Part shown: positions 1-9,264 of the stretch, piece after piece
How positions within the stretch are numbered: the first letter of the stretch is position 1
How the letters are laid out: every line of letters starts with the position of its first letter
Origin: Chthonomonadales bacterium
GTDB taxonomy: Bacteria > Armatimonadota > Chthonomonadetes > Chthonomonadales > CAJBBX01
NCBI GenBank assembly: GCA_037443035.1
Contig: JBBIPC010000005.1
Span: 71,940-135,939 of the forward strand
Direction of reading: 5' to 3'
DNA length: 64,000 bases
Translations under genes and position numbers: made by a program
Notes under the pieces: model-generated
The model's input: only the letters and a program-made list of their open reading frames with translations
Databases searched by the model: none
Told to the model about the DNA's origin: nothing

Positions 1-2278
1 AACCAGACGCTCCAGGGCTGCCGGCCACGGTCGTTACGGCGTAGGAAGAGGGTTTCCGCGGGTCGGCACCGGGGCGAAGGAGAATGCGCCGGATCGTGTG
101 ATTGCCGGTATCCGCCACGAGAACGACTCCGCCCATGGAGACAGCTACGCCGGTGGGAGCGCTGAACGTGGCGACCTGGCCGCTGCCATCCGAACTACCC
201 TCCGTGGAACCAGCGACTGTCGCCACAACACCGTTGGGCCACACGCGCCGGATCCGATGGTTGTTCGTATCGGCAATCAAGAGCGATCCATCGGGAGCGA
301 CGGCGATACCGGATGGCCCGTTGAACGATGTCGTACCAGCAGTTCCATCACTGGACCCAGAGCCTGCGAACCCGGCCAGCGTACCCACGTTCCCGCCACG
401 GTCTATGTAACAGACCCTATGCCTGTCGGTGAACACCGCACGGATCGGTTGACCGCTCATCGTGAGGAAGTTTCCCGCGAGCCGTGCGGGTATTGCCGCC
501 ACGCCGACAGGTGTATCCAACCTGGCAACCTGTCCCGGTCCATCCGAGCTTCCAGGCGTTCCGTTGCCGGCGAGAGTCGTCAACGCACAGGCACCGCCGG
601 CGGGCAGATTCACCAAGTTGCTGTCGGTCTCGATACAGACATAGAACGAGAAACCTGACACTCCGTGCGGTACGTAGAACTGCAACTCTGCCTCATAGGC
701 GTTCTCCTTAGGCTCCATGACCTTGCTGCAATCGCCCTGGGGATTCTCGCGGGCGTCCCAGTTGATCCAGCTCACTGTCTCCGAAGGGCTGCCCGCGGCT
801 CCGCCGATGTGGAGAACGTCGGTGGGTACTACGACCTCACGGATACGGCAGTTGATCGCATCGGCCAGATAAGCCGTGGTAGCCGTTGCCTGCGTTCGTA
901 GCATGGTCACGTCATACAGTTGGCTGAACCGTGCCGTGTAGCCGTCCCCGTCTGCATATCCCGAGGACGTCGAACCCGCCAAGGTAGTGACGAGGTAGTT
1001 GCCGGCCTGGGTCGGTTCCGACTCCGAGACTTGTGTGAGTGCCCTAAGCGTGAAAGCGTCGGTCACCAATGCGAACAGGCCTGGTTGTCCCTCTACCCAT
1101 CCTGCACAGATCCCACTCAGGGTGGTAAAGGAGGCGGCCGACCCAGGACCATCCGCTGCACCGGCTCCATTGCCCCCTGCAATGGTTGTGACCACAGCTG
1201 CAGAGCCGTCCGCGGCGTCAATCCTGCGGATGGCGTAGTTCGACATGTCGGCTACCAGCAGTATGTCGGGCTGCCCGGTGCGCTCCAGCAGAGTGAGGTC
1301 GCGGGGTGAGCTGAATCGAGCTGTGGATCCAGGGCCGTCCACGAATCCGGACGCCAAGGCCAGTCCGGCGATGGTCTCCACGTAATATGAAGCGCTCTTG
1401 TCTCTTGGGCCCGCTCCAGTGTAAGTGATACGGCGGATCGTCTGTCCCATACGGTCGCAGACGTAGATGCGGTTTCCGTCTCGGCTAACGCAGATGCCAC
1501 TGGGATTGGCGAAAAGTGCCGAGCTTCCTGGTCCATCCTGCTCCGCGGCTGCTCCGGCACCGGCAATCGTGGTGACCTGGCCAAGATCGGTAATGCGGCG
1601 GATCTTGTGGCCGTATTCGTCCGCTACGAATATAGTGCCACTTCCATCGGTGCAAAGATGGCAAGGCCCCGAGAACGACGCGGATGAGCCGGTGCCATCA
1701 GCACTTCCCACTATGCCGGCGGCACCTGCCAGCGTCGCTACCATGTCGTCTGGCAGTATCCTGCGAATCGTCGGCCCGTTCAGATCCGACACGAATAGGT
1801 CCGTCGCGTTAGGTCCGTCGCCCATACTGACACCCGCGGGTGTGTCGAACGAGGCGTCTTTGCCGTGACCGTCCGATTCGCTCGAGCTCCCGTTTCCGGC
1901 TCTCGTCCTTACGCGAACTCTCATACGGACGTCCTTGCGATCGGAGTTTTCGAGATTGGACACAATGAGCTTGACCGGTGACGCAGGCCACGCATGTCCC
2001 GATTTGTTGGTGGCACGAACACGTATCAGACGCTGACCCGCGTCACCGTTGACGATCAGCAGGTCCGTGCTGGCGAAGGTGACGGCTGCCCCCTCGTAAA
2101 GGGCGCGGCCGGCCGGTTGGGTGATCGTAACCTTACCTGTGCGAACGTCCACATCGAATCTGGCGAGGCCAGAGGCAAGGCTGGAGGGGGTCGTTGGCGA
2201 TGATGCGTGCTGCCCGCCGCCACATCCCACGAGGCCGAGCAAGACGGGCAGCAAACGAAGGACGCGTTGAGCTCTCAT
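1..2278 (-). CDS. NHL-repeat beta-propeller lipoprotein (3' end outside window)
   Basis: Not in the ORF track because there is no stop in the window. ATG at 2278 after GGAGG; N-terminus MRAQRVLRLLPVLLGLVGC (lipobox); in-frame NHL-type repeats such as FNGPSGIAVAPDGSLLIADTNNHRIRRV and GVVLVADTGNHTIRRI. Frame checked at several points. Confidence 0.85.
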   Translation of the reverse strand, partial: MRAQRVLRLLPVLLGLVGCGGGQHASSPTTPSSLASGLARFDVDVRTGKVTITQPAGRALYEGAAVTFASTDLLIVNGDAGQRLIRVRATNKSGHAWPASPVKLIVSNLENSDRKDVRMRVRVRTRAGNGSSSESDGHGKDASFDTPAGVSMGDGPNATDLFVSDLNGPTIRRILPDDMVATLAGAAGIVGSADGTGSSASFSGPCHLCTDGSGTIFVADEYGHKIRRITDLGQVTTIAGAGAAAEQDGPGSSALFANPSGICVSRDGNRIYVCDRMGQTIRRITYTGAGPRDKSASYYVETIAGLALASGFVDGPGSTARFSSPRDLTLLERTGQPDILLVADMSNYAIRRIDAADGSAAVVTTIAGGNGAGAADGPGSAASFTTLSGICAGWVEGQPGLFALVTDAFTLRALTQVSESEPTQAGNYLVTTLAGSTSSGYADGDGYTARFSQLYDVTMLRTQATATTAYLADAINCRIREVVVPTDVLHIGGAAGSPSETVSWINWDARENPQGDCSKVMEPKENAYEAELQFYVPHGVSGFSFYVCIETDSNLVNLPAGGACALTTLAGNGTPGSSDGPGQVARLDTPVGVAAIPARLAGNFLTMSGQPIRAVFTDRHRVCYIDRGGNVGTLAGFAGSGSSDGTAGTTSFNGPSGIAVAPDGSLLIADTNNHRIRRVWPNGVVATVAGSTEGSSDGSGQVATFSAPTGVAVSMGGVVLVADTGNHTIRRILLRPGADPRKPSSYAVTTVAGSPGASG

Positions 2279-2362
2279 GGCAGCCACCTCCCCGGGCTGG
2301 TCGAGTGTTGCCAAGACGCGCCTCGCGGCAGGTAGCCCTGCCGTTCAGTTGTCTACATAATC

Positions 2363-2390
2363 ATTATACGGATGCTAATGGAAATGGCAA
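2363..2390 (-). promoter_or_regulatory. sigma70-type promoter of the NHL lipoprotein gene
   Basis: Minus strand TTGCCA-16 nt-TATAAT, about 85 nt upstream of the start; leader hairpin CGGCAGG-GCTA-CCTGCCG. Confidence 0.55.
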
Positions 2391-2614
2391 GGTCTGTCGG
2401 CCGATTGTCATGGCGATAGTGGCGGTCACGCGCACCCTCGTGACGCACGCTAGTGCGGGCAGTGGAGGGTCGAGGGATCTCCCAATGGCATTCGGTACGG
2501 AGAACATCCGTGGGGCCACAGAAGGCGCCCGGAATGGTGGGCAGACTGTGGTCCCCAGGCGCTGGGGGGCCTGTGCCTGAGGACCGTGCGCCGCACCGTC
2601 TGCGCTGCCGACTT

Positions 2615-3973
2615 CTAAGCCCTTGCCAGCGCTCCCATGGGATCCCATGGGGGCAGTCGGACGGGTTCCATCCGCAGCACCTCGAGGAGCTCCGGCGAAA
2701 GGTACTTCTTTTCGACGGCCACCTCGTAGTTGTACTCGTCGAACCAGCGGTCCGTCATGACCATGAAACCCTTGTTGCCCGGCTTGTCACCCCAGCTATT
2801 CTCGACTCGCCACTTGACCGGCTTGCCCTCGTCATCGAGATCCACACCGGTGAAGACCATGGCATGGTTCATGGCGCTCTGGCCGTAGTCGAGACGCTGA
2901 GCCTTGTCCAGACCGAACTCCACTCCGTAGATCGGCTCGAACTCGAAGAGATCCATGTCCATGAGCCCCAGGTCCCGGTCGAACATCTTCCCTACGTCGC
3001 AACCGAACCACACCGGCTTGCCGTCCTTGATCATCTCCACCGCCGCCCGCTTCATCACGTCCAACTCCACGTTCAGGTACCGGATGATATCGCCCTCCAG
3101 GACGTTCCCGAGGTACTCGATGGTGTACACGGTGTTGTACCTCTTGCTGGATTGCGGGCAGTGGATGAGGCACACCATGCTGTCCAGGTCCGGCTGGACG
3201 TAACGCTCGGTGAACTCGTGGGGGGTCAGGACGCCGTCCCTGTGGAAGACCTTGTCCTTGTCGCGCCACTGCCAAACGAAGGAGGATGGAGGCACCCCCA
3301 GATGGATACAGAGCATCCGGTAGACCTCTTCAAGCATGGCATCCTTTCGCTTGCGGAGCTCAGCGACGGGCACTCCTTCGCGTGCCCAGTCTCGTAGCCT
3401 ACAGGCGTACTCGCGCAGCTTCAGCGTGATGAGCGAGTTCATGACGCCGGTGTTGCTGCTGCTCTCGGTTTCCGGCATGACTTCCTTGGGCACGACACCG
3501 TACTTGCGCACCAGGTTGGCGAACATGTCCCACTGGCCGCCGTCCTGGATGGGGTTCTGGACCAGCCACATGATAAGGCGGCTGTCAGTAGCCTCGTCGA
3601 GCGTCTCGAGGATGCTCTCGAGAAAGTAGTTCGCCTTCTCCAGCTTGTCCCAGAACATGAGGTAGTTCTGCGAAAGCTCGAAGTTCTCCAGGTTCATCCG
3701 TTCGGCGGCTGCCATGCGCATGGTATTCAGACCGGCGAATAGCCAGCACCGGCCGCTGGCGTTCTGGCTGGTGGCCTCTCCGGCCTTCACGATGTGGGAA
3801 AACGTGTGGTTGCAGCGGACCACCGCCTGGCGGTTCATGGCGATGGAACGGACCGACGTCTTGGTGACAGCGTTCAGGGCCGCCCGGCGCACCGGGTCGG
3901 ACTCGAAAGCTCTGCGGAAGCCATCTACCTGCTTCAGGGTGAGCGGGTTGGCTCCGCTGGATACTTCTGGCAT
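2615..3973 (-). CDS. pepC: Aminopeptidase C / bleomycin hydrolase (peptidase C1B)
   Basis: QNASGRCWLFA (catalytic Cys), MNHAM (His), WRVENSWG (Asn), C-terminal PPWDPMGALA. Confidence 0.95.
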   Translation of the reverse strand: MPEVSSGANPLTLKQVDGFRRAFESDPVRRAALNAVTKTSVRSIAMNRQAVVRCNHTFSHIVKAGEATSQNASGRCWLFAGLNTMRMAAAERMNLENFELSQNYLMFWDKLEKANYFLESILETLDEATDSRLIMWLVQNPIQDGGQWDMFANLVRKYGVVPKEVMPETESSSNTGVMNSLITLKLREYACRLRDWAREGVPVAELRKRKDAMLEEVYRMLCIHLGVPPSSFVWQWRDKDKVFHRDGVLTPHEFTERYVQPDLDSMVCLIHCPQSSKRYNTVYTIEYLGNVLEGDIIRYLNVELDVMKRAAVEMIKDGKPVWFGCDVGKMFDRDLGLMDMDLFEFEPIYGVEFGLDKAQRLDYGQSAMNHAMVFTGVDLDDEGKPVKWRVENSWGDKPGNKGFMVMTDRWFDEYNYEVAVEKKYLSPELLEVLRMEPVRLPPWDPMGALARA

Positions 3974-4115
3974 TGGTGTATCTCCTCAGGCGGACATCTC
4001 GGTCAGACGCCGAGATGCCCGTCGTTGTCTCAGTTGTCCGGTTGTTCGCTCGCGCGTATGGGACCAGGATATGCAGCCCCCGGCACCATGCACGCGTACT
4101 GGGCTCGTGGTTCTG

Positions 4116-4997
4116 TCAGCGGTTCGGGCTCGCAGGACGAGGCGGCGCAAGCTTAGCTGCCGTCTCGCGGAACCACTGGACGCACTTTCGCACGTTCTCC
4201 ACCAGCTCTGCGCCGGAGGTCCGCTCGAACTCGATGGAGATCGGTCCTCGGAAGCCCTGAGCCTGCAGCTCGCGAAGCTGTGCTTCAGCATGGCCGACTC
4301 CCTGACCGAAGACCACGTCTTCCTTGTTCTCGTTCAGGTCCTTGAAGTGCAGCGAGACGACCCGTCCCTTGAGCTGCTTTAGACCCTCCACAGGATCGAT
4401 CCCTGAACGGTACCAGTGGCCCGTGTCCGCGCAGGAACCGATCGACTCGCTGACACCGCTGACGGCCTTGAGTACTGTCTCGGGACTCCAGTAATGGGAG
4501 GGCTTGGGGTGGTTGTGAATACCGATCTTGATGCCGTACTCCTTGCACAGCTTGTCCAGCATCGGCATGGCCTCCTCGGGCGGTTCCGAGGTGATGACGC
4601 GGATGCCCAGGGCTTTGGCGAAATCGAAGACCTTGCGCGCAGCCGCTTCGTCGTTTCCCAGGCCGACCACGCCATAGGCCACCGCCCGCACACGCGACGC
4701 TTGCAGCTTGGCCTTCACGGACTCGATGACCTCAGGAGAGGCGTTGTGATCGAAGCCGATGGGGTTCTCCTTGGAAAGCTTCTGACCGGGGAAGAACTCG
4801 ACGAACCGGATCCCGAGCTGGTTCAGCATGTCCAGCGTCTCGAAGACAGTCAGCTCGCGAAACGTCCATGCCTGACAGGCCAGTTGCCATCCCAGGCGCT
4901 GCTCGGGCGTTCGCTGGCGACGCTGTCCTGGCTGCGCCTGGCCGTAGGCGGCAGGCACTAGCACTGCAACAAGGGTGAGAATGGCGAGTGTGCGCAT
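4116..4997 (-). CDS. Secreted sugar phosphate isomerase/epimerase family TIM-barrel protein
   Basis: Signal peptide MRTLAILTLVAVL; motifs IHNH, DTGHW, HFKD, SIEFE. Confidence 0.85.
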   Translation of the reverse strand: MRTLAILTLVAVLVPAAYGQAQPGQRRQRTPEQRLGWQLACQAWTFRELTVFETLDMLNQLGIRFVEFFPGQKLSKENPIGFDHNASPEVIESVKAKLQASRVRAVAYGVVGLGNDEAAARKVFDFAKALGIRVITSEPPEEAMPMLDKLCKEYGIKIGIHNHPKPSHYWSPETVLKAVSGVSESIGSCADTGHWYRSGIDPVEGLKQLKGRVVSLHFKDLNENKEDVVFGQGVGHAEAQLRELQAQGFRGPISIEFERTSGAELVENVRKCVQWFRETAAKLAPPRPASPNR

Positions 4998-5120
4998 TGC
5001 TTTGCTCCTTTCTGGAGAAAGAAGAGTACAGCACAAGCAACGCTTACGTCAACCGGGGAGGAGTTGGATGTTTCGTCCGCTAACAGCCCGACGTCTCCCT
5101 GGCAAACGGATGCTGAAGGG

Positions 5121-5522
5121 TCACCGGTCGGTCTCTCGGGCTGGTTCACGGGCTTCTTGCACGAATCTGGCGAGGGAACCAGCCAGCTTCTCGAGTACGG
5201 CCAGCCAATCCTCGAGGTGTAGTCGTCCTGCGGGCGTGAGACGATACAAGTGCCGCGCAGGTCCTCTCCCCGTCACATCCCATTCGGAAGTCACAAAGCC
5301 GTTCGCCTCCAGCATGTGGAGCACACGGTAGAGAGCCGGCAAGTCCACGACCGAGTCGGTCAGAGCATGATCTTCCAGTGCTTTTCCGAGCTCGTAGCCG
5401 TGTGCCGCTCCCCGATCGCGCAGCAGTTGCAGCACTACCGGCTCGATGAACCGGTATAAGTTCCCCATGGCACAAGAACAGGGCTCTTCGCCACCGTGAC
5501 GACGGCATCTCCTTCGCTGCAT
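5121..5522 (-). CDS. PadR-family transcriptional regulator
   Basis: LQLLRDRGAAHGYEL...LYRVLHMLEANGFV...YRLTPAG winged HTH; start at 5522 after GGAGG. Confidence 0.9.
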   Translation of the reverse strand: MQRRRCRRHGGEEPCSCAMGNLYRFIEPVVLQLLRDRGAAHGYELGKALEDHALTDSVVDLPALYRVLHMLEANGFVTSEWDVTGRGPARHLYRLTPAGRLHLEDWLAVLEKLAGSLARFVQEAREPARETDR

Positions 5523-5632
5523 CGGACCTGGACCTCCGGTAGTGTTGGCCGGCGGCGGCATAGCTAGCAGTGACGCCTCCGGAAAAAAAGCAAGAAATCT
5601 CATGGAACATTGTAACATCTGCCAGCAGCTAT

Positions 5633-5668
5633 ATGTATAATACATGTAGACGCAACTAACATTGTCTA
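5633..5668. promoter_or_regulatory. Divergent promoter with candidate operator palindromes
   Basis: AT-rich intergenic region; ATGTAT-A-ATACAT (5633-5645) overlaps TATAAT (5636-5641); TAGAC-N12-GTCTA at 5647-5668. Confidence 0.45.
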
Positions 5669-5692
5669 GGCGGTGCGTAAAAGGAGCATGTC

Positions 5693-6052
5693 ATGAAGAT
5701 TGCAATCACGGCCAGCGGACATGAACCGACGAGTACTGTGGACGCCCGCTTTGGGAGAGCTGCCTACTTCATGGTGTACGACACCACGACGTCCACTTGG
5801 ACCGCAGTGCCGAACGCGCAGAATGCCGGCGCTCCCCAGGGAGCCGGAGTGCAGGCGGCGCAGTTGTTGGCCAGGGAGAAGGTCTCCGTCGTCATCAGCG
5901 GTCACTGTGGGCCTAAGGCGTTCCGAGCCCTTCAGGCGGGCGCCATAGAAGTGTACAGCGGTGCCAACGGAACAGTGGCGGAGGCTCTGGAGGCGTATCA
6001 GGCAGGGAAGCTGGTCCGACTGTCGGCACCAGATGTGCAAGGACATTGGTAG
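5693..6052 (+). CDS. NifB/NifX-family Fe-Mo cluster-binding protein
   Basis: MKIAI...VDARFGRAAYF...GAGVQAAQ...ISGHCGPKAF. Confidence 0.9.
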   Translation: MKIAITASGHEPTSTVDARFGRAAYFMVYDTTTSTWTAVPNAQNAGAPQGAGVQAAQLLAREKVSVVISGHCGPKAFRALQAGAIEVYSGANGTVAEALEAYQAGKLVRLSAPDVQGHW

Positions 6053-6107
6053 ACGTTAGGCGCTACCGCGAGACAAGCACTCGACGAGGTAAGAGGAGGT
6101 CAAGAGA

Positions 6108-6419
6108 ATGCCAGGAATGGATGGTAAGGGTCCCGCGGGGCAGGGGCCGATGACAGGTCGAGGATTGGGTCCATGCGGGCGAGGTCTCGCCCGAGGCCGC
6201 GCTCCGGCACGGGGTCTGGGTCTCGGTCGCGGCTGGGGACGCGGGCTGGGTTTCGGACTGGGGCTCGCACTCGGGTGGTGCCGGCGCGCCGCCTGGTGGG
6301 CTGGGACACCTGCCGAGGAACGCGAGGTCTTGAAGGCGCGACAGGAAGTCCTCGAGCGGCAACTCGAGCTGGTCAAGCAACAGCTAGCCGAAACTGAGAC
6401 CAAAGAAGAGCAGGCGTAA
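6108..6419 (+). CDS. DUF5320-like Gly/Arg-rich protein
   Basis: MPGMDGKGPAGQGPMTGRGLGPC, GR-rich middle, C-terminal coiled coil; typical companion of NifX-like operons. Confidence 0.8.
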   Translation: MPGMDGKGPAGQGPMTGRGLGPCGRGLARGRAPARGLGLGRGWGRGLGFGLGLALGWCRRAAWWAGTPAEEREVLKARQEVLERQLELVKQQLAETETKEEQA

Positions 6420-6425
6420 GCCCGC

Positions 6426-7280
6426 GTGAGGATCGGCGTCGCCAGTGGCAAAGGCGGAACGGGGAAGACGCTCCTTGCCACGAGCCTGGCCTACATCTTG
6501 GCCGAAGCCAGGCCGGTTCAGTACGTCGACTGCGACGTCGAAGAGCCGAACGGTCGGATTTTCCTGAAGCCGCGTATCACACGGTCTGAAGACGTCCGTG
6601 TGGACGTGCCGGTCATCGATGGAGAGGCATGTGCACTCTGCGGCGAGTGCGCCGAGTTCTGCCGGTTCGGAGCACTCGCCGCAATGGGCGAGAAGGTTCT
6701 GCTTTTCCCCGAGCTCTGCCACTCCTGCGGCGGGTGTGCGCTCGTCTGCCCGAACGATGCCATCCGAATGGGCCGTCGTAGTATCGGCAAGGTCGAGGTG
6801 GGACGATCGGGGAAGGTCGGTTTCGTCGAAGGGCGGCTGAACGTCGGCGAACCCATGGCGGCTCCGGTCATCTACGCGACGCTGGAGGCCGCGGACGAAG
6901 AGTCGCTCGTCATCGTGGATGCGCCGCCGGGTACATCCTGCGCGCTCATTGCCGCCATTCGAGCGTGTGACTACGTCTTGCTGGTCACGGAGCCCACGCC
7001 ATTCGGGCTACATGACCTGAGGCTGACGCTAGAGGTCGTCGCGGCTCTGGGGCTTCGCGCAGGGGTCGTGGTCAACCGAGAAGGGCTGGGCGACTTGGAG
7101 GTGGAGCCACTCTGCGCAGAGGCAGGCGTACCCATCCTGGCCAGGATCCCGTTCGACCGGCGGATCGCGGAAGTCTATGCAACGGGAGATAGCGTCACCG
7201 ATGCTCTGCCGGATGTTCGGTCCATCCTTAGCGACCTGGCCTGTGCGGTATTGCAGGAGAGCTCATGCCGGAACTCGTGA
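6426..7280 (+). CDS. MinD-superfamily P-loop ATPase with inserted ferredoxin domain
   Basis: SGKGGTGKT, DCDVEEPN, CALCGECAEFC, CHSCGGCALVCP, DAPPGTSC. Confidence 0.92.
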   Translation: MRIGVASGKGGTGKTLLATSLAYILAEARPVQYVDCDVEEPNGRIFLKPRITRSEDVRVDVPVIDGEACALCGECAEFCRFGALAAMGEKVLLFPELCHSCGGCALVCPNDAIRMGRRSIGKVEVGRSGKVGFVEGRLNVGEPMAAPVIYATLEAADEESLVIVDAPPGTSCALIAAIRACDYVLLVTEPTPFGLHDLRLTLEVVAALGLRAGVVVNREGLGDLEVEPLCAEAGVPILARIPFDRRIAEVYATGDSVTDALPDVRSILSDLACAVLQESSCRNS

Positions 7281-8179
7281 TACTGAGCGGCAAGGGCGGC
7301 ACGGGGAAGACCAGCGTCACTGCAGCATTCGCAGCGCTGGCCGTGCCTGTTACGTTGGCCGACTGCGATGTGGATGCCGCCGACTTGCACCTCGTGGCCG
7401 CGCCCGAGACAACCGAAACGCACGAGTTCCGATCGGGCTGGCACGCCGTCCTGGACCAGACTCTTTGTCGGCAATGTGGACGCTGCATCGCGTCGTGCCG
7501 GTTCGATGCAATCCACCGCGATAGGACGCGCTACCGCCAACTCCACATTGACCCGTTCGCCTGCGAAGGGTGCGGCGTGTGCGAGTTCGTCTGCCGCATG
7601 GGCGCCATCTCCATGGAGGAGCCGATTCGGGGATTCTGGTACCGATCCGTGACCCGGTTCGGACCCATGTTCCATGCCCAACTACACCCGGGCGCAGAAA
7701 ACTCCGGGAAGCTGGTGACCCTCCTGCGGCGGAAGGCCCGGCAAGCCGCCGAGCAGCCGAACGGTCTTCTCCTGACCGACGGGCCGCCGGGAGTGGGCTG
7801 CGCCGCCATCGCCACGCTTACGGGAGCGGATCACGTGCTCTTCGTTACGGAACCGACCGCAACCGGGCTACACGACCTGAAACGTGCGGAGAGATTGGCC
7901 GCTGGATTTCGTATCCCCGGCAGCGTCTTGATCAATAAAGCCGATCTCAGCCCGGAGATGAGCCGCTCCATTGCAGAGTATGCCGGCCAAGCGGGTCTTC
8001 ATCTCCTGGGAGAGGTGCCGTTCGATGCCGCGTTCGCCCGGGCGCAGGCCGCCGGCCAGACGATATTGGAATACGGTCGGAGTCCTGGAGCCGACGCGCT
8101 ACGAGTAGCATGGTCGCGGCTTCAGCGGCTGCTATCCGCCAAGACGCGCACACCGTTTCGAATTGTCAAGAATATGTAG
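7265..8179 (+). CDS. MinD-superfamily P-loop ATPase with inserted ferredoxin domain (second paralog)
   Basis: SGKGGTGKT, DCDVDAADL, CRQCGRCIASC, CEGCGVCEFVC, ENSGKLV, DGPPGVGC. Confidence 0.92.
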   Translation: MPELVILSGKGGTGKTSVTAAFAALAVPVTLADCDVDAADLHLVAAPETTETHEFRSGWHAVLDQTLCRQCGRCIASCRFDAIHRDRTRYRQLHIDPFACEGCGVCEFVCRMGAISMEEPIRGFWYRSVTRFGPMFHAQLHPGAENSGKLVTLLRRKARQAAEQPNGLLLTDGPPGVGCAAIATLTGADHVLFVTEPTATGLHDLKRAERLAAGFRIPGSVLINKADLSPEMSRSIAEYAGQAGLHLLGEVPFDAAFARAQAAGQTILEYGRSPGADALRVAWSRLQRLLSAKTRTPFRIVKNM

Positions 8180-8195
8180 TTCGAGGGAGCCATCC

Positions 8196-8534
8196 ATGAT
8201 CATCGCGATACCGCTCGTGGGAGACCGGTTGTCGGCCCACTTTGGTCATTGCGAGAAGTTCGCCCTCGTCCATGCCGATGGCGGCAAAGAGGGCGTTCTC
8301 AGGCTGGAGACTGTGACCCCACCGCCGCACGCACCGGGTGTCTTCCCGCAGTGGCTGGCCCAGTTGGGTGTACAGGTCGTGATCGTAGGCGGCATGGGCT
8401 CTCGGGCCCAGTCCCTCTTCGCCCAGCAAGGCATCACCGTCGTCACCGGTGCCCCCGTGGACACTCCGGAAGTTCTTGCGCAAGCCTACCTGAGCGGGTG
8501 TCTCCAGAGCGGAGAGAACGTCTGCGATCACTGA
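8196..8534 (+). CDS. NifB/NifX-family Fe-Mo cluster-binding protein
   Basis: LSAHFGHCEKF, PPPHAPG, GGMGSRA, C-terminal NVCDH. Confidence 0.9.
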   Translation: MIIAIPLVGDRLSAHFGHCEKFALVHADGGKEGVLRLETVTPPPHAPGVFPQWLAQLGVQVVIVGGMGSRAQSLFAQQGITVVTGAPVDTPEVLAQAYLSGCLQSGENVCDH

Positions 8535-8581
8535 CGAGGTGAGGGCCGCCGTAGCTACCCACTAGTCCCCCCAGCCTTCTG

Positions 8582-8629
8582 GATGCCCCCTGATCTCGCA
8601 GACTCGGTCGCGATGCGAGAGGGGGCATC
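8582..8629 (+). terminator. Stem-loop after the NifX operon
   Basis: GATGCCCCC...TCTCGCA / TGCGAGA-GGGGGCATC inverted repeat; no clear U-tract. Confidence 0.35.
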
Positions 8630-8694
8630 GTGTCGTGTGCCGACTAACAACAGAGGAGAAAGCAGTCCCCAGAGCAGCGAATGTGTGGATATAC

Positions 8695-8725
8695 TTGTAT
8701 AGATATTCACAACGTGTGGTAATAT
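8695..8725 (+). promoter_or_regulatory. Promoter of the cytochrome cluster with a Rex-like operator
   Basis: TTGTATA-GATA-TTCACAA (8695-8712) vs Rex consensus TTGTGAA-N4-TTCACAA, 2 mismatches; TG-G-TAATAT extended -10 at 8717-8725. Confidence 0.5.
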
Positions 8726-8804
8726 AGTGGACGATTGGTGGCGCCGGAGCAGTTGCTCCGCTTCGACGTCTGCCAGCTACATAGTGACGGAGGTAACGAG
8801 CACG

Positions 8805-9152
8805 GTGCAAGGACTATGGAAGCCTGCCATCAGCGTCGTCGTCCTGGTTCTCGGTGCGACAGCACTCGCCATGCCTGCGTACAAGGCGGTGTTGCACTCC
8901 ACCTACAAAGTGAAACCGGGCAGCGTCATCGCCAAGGCCGACTGCGCACTCTGCCACGCGACGAAGTCCAACTTCAAGAAGCTGAACGTGTTTGGCGCCG
9001 ACCTTGACAAGGCGCTCAAAGTGGCGAAGTCGAAGGCAATGACCGCGGAGATCCTCAAGAAAGTCGAGACACTTGACTCCGACAAGGACGGGGTGAAAAA
9101 CGTGGATGAAATACAGAAGGACACCCTGCCGGGAGATCCGAAGAGCAAGTAG
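8805..9152 (+). CDS. Small secreted monoheme cytochrome c
   Basis: GTG start after GGAGG; signal peptide; CALCH; Lys-rich; C-terminal DSDKDG...EI...PGDP. Confidence 0.85.
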   Translation: MQGLWKPAISVVVLVLGATALAMPAYKAVLHSTYKVKPGSVIAKADCALCHATKSNFKKLNVFGADLDKALKVAKSKAMTAEILKKVETLDSDKDGVKNVDEIQKDTLPGDPKSK

Positions 9153-9264
9153 CGAGCGGTAGCGGATGCCGTGCGAACCCTGACTACCTCGGCTTCCGCC
9201 GCCTACAGGCTGGAAGACCCAACACCCATGCGCTCGTTGCACGAGCGCAAGAAAGGACAAGAGC

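Noticed and set aside
2453..3397. Long antisense ORFs (also 10589-11473, 27563-28366, 45297-46259 and others)
   Set aside because: They lie opposite well-supported genes and have no motifs; typical of high-GC codon bias
6180..6275. GGNCTGGG-like low-complexity repeats as a DNA repeat element
   Set aside because: Explained by the Gly/Arg/Leu-rich coding sequence of the DUF5320-like protein
5693..8534. Nitrogen fixation cluster
   Set aside because: NifX-like domains and MinD-type ATPases only; no nifH/D/K/E/N in the window
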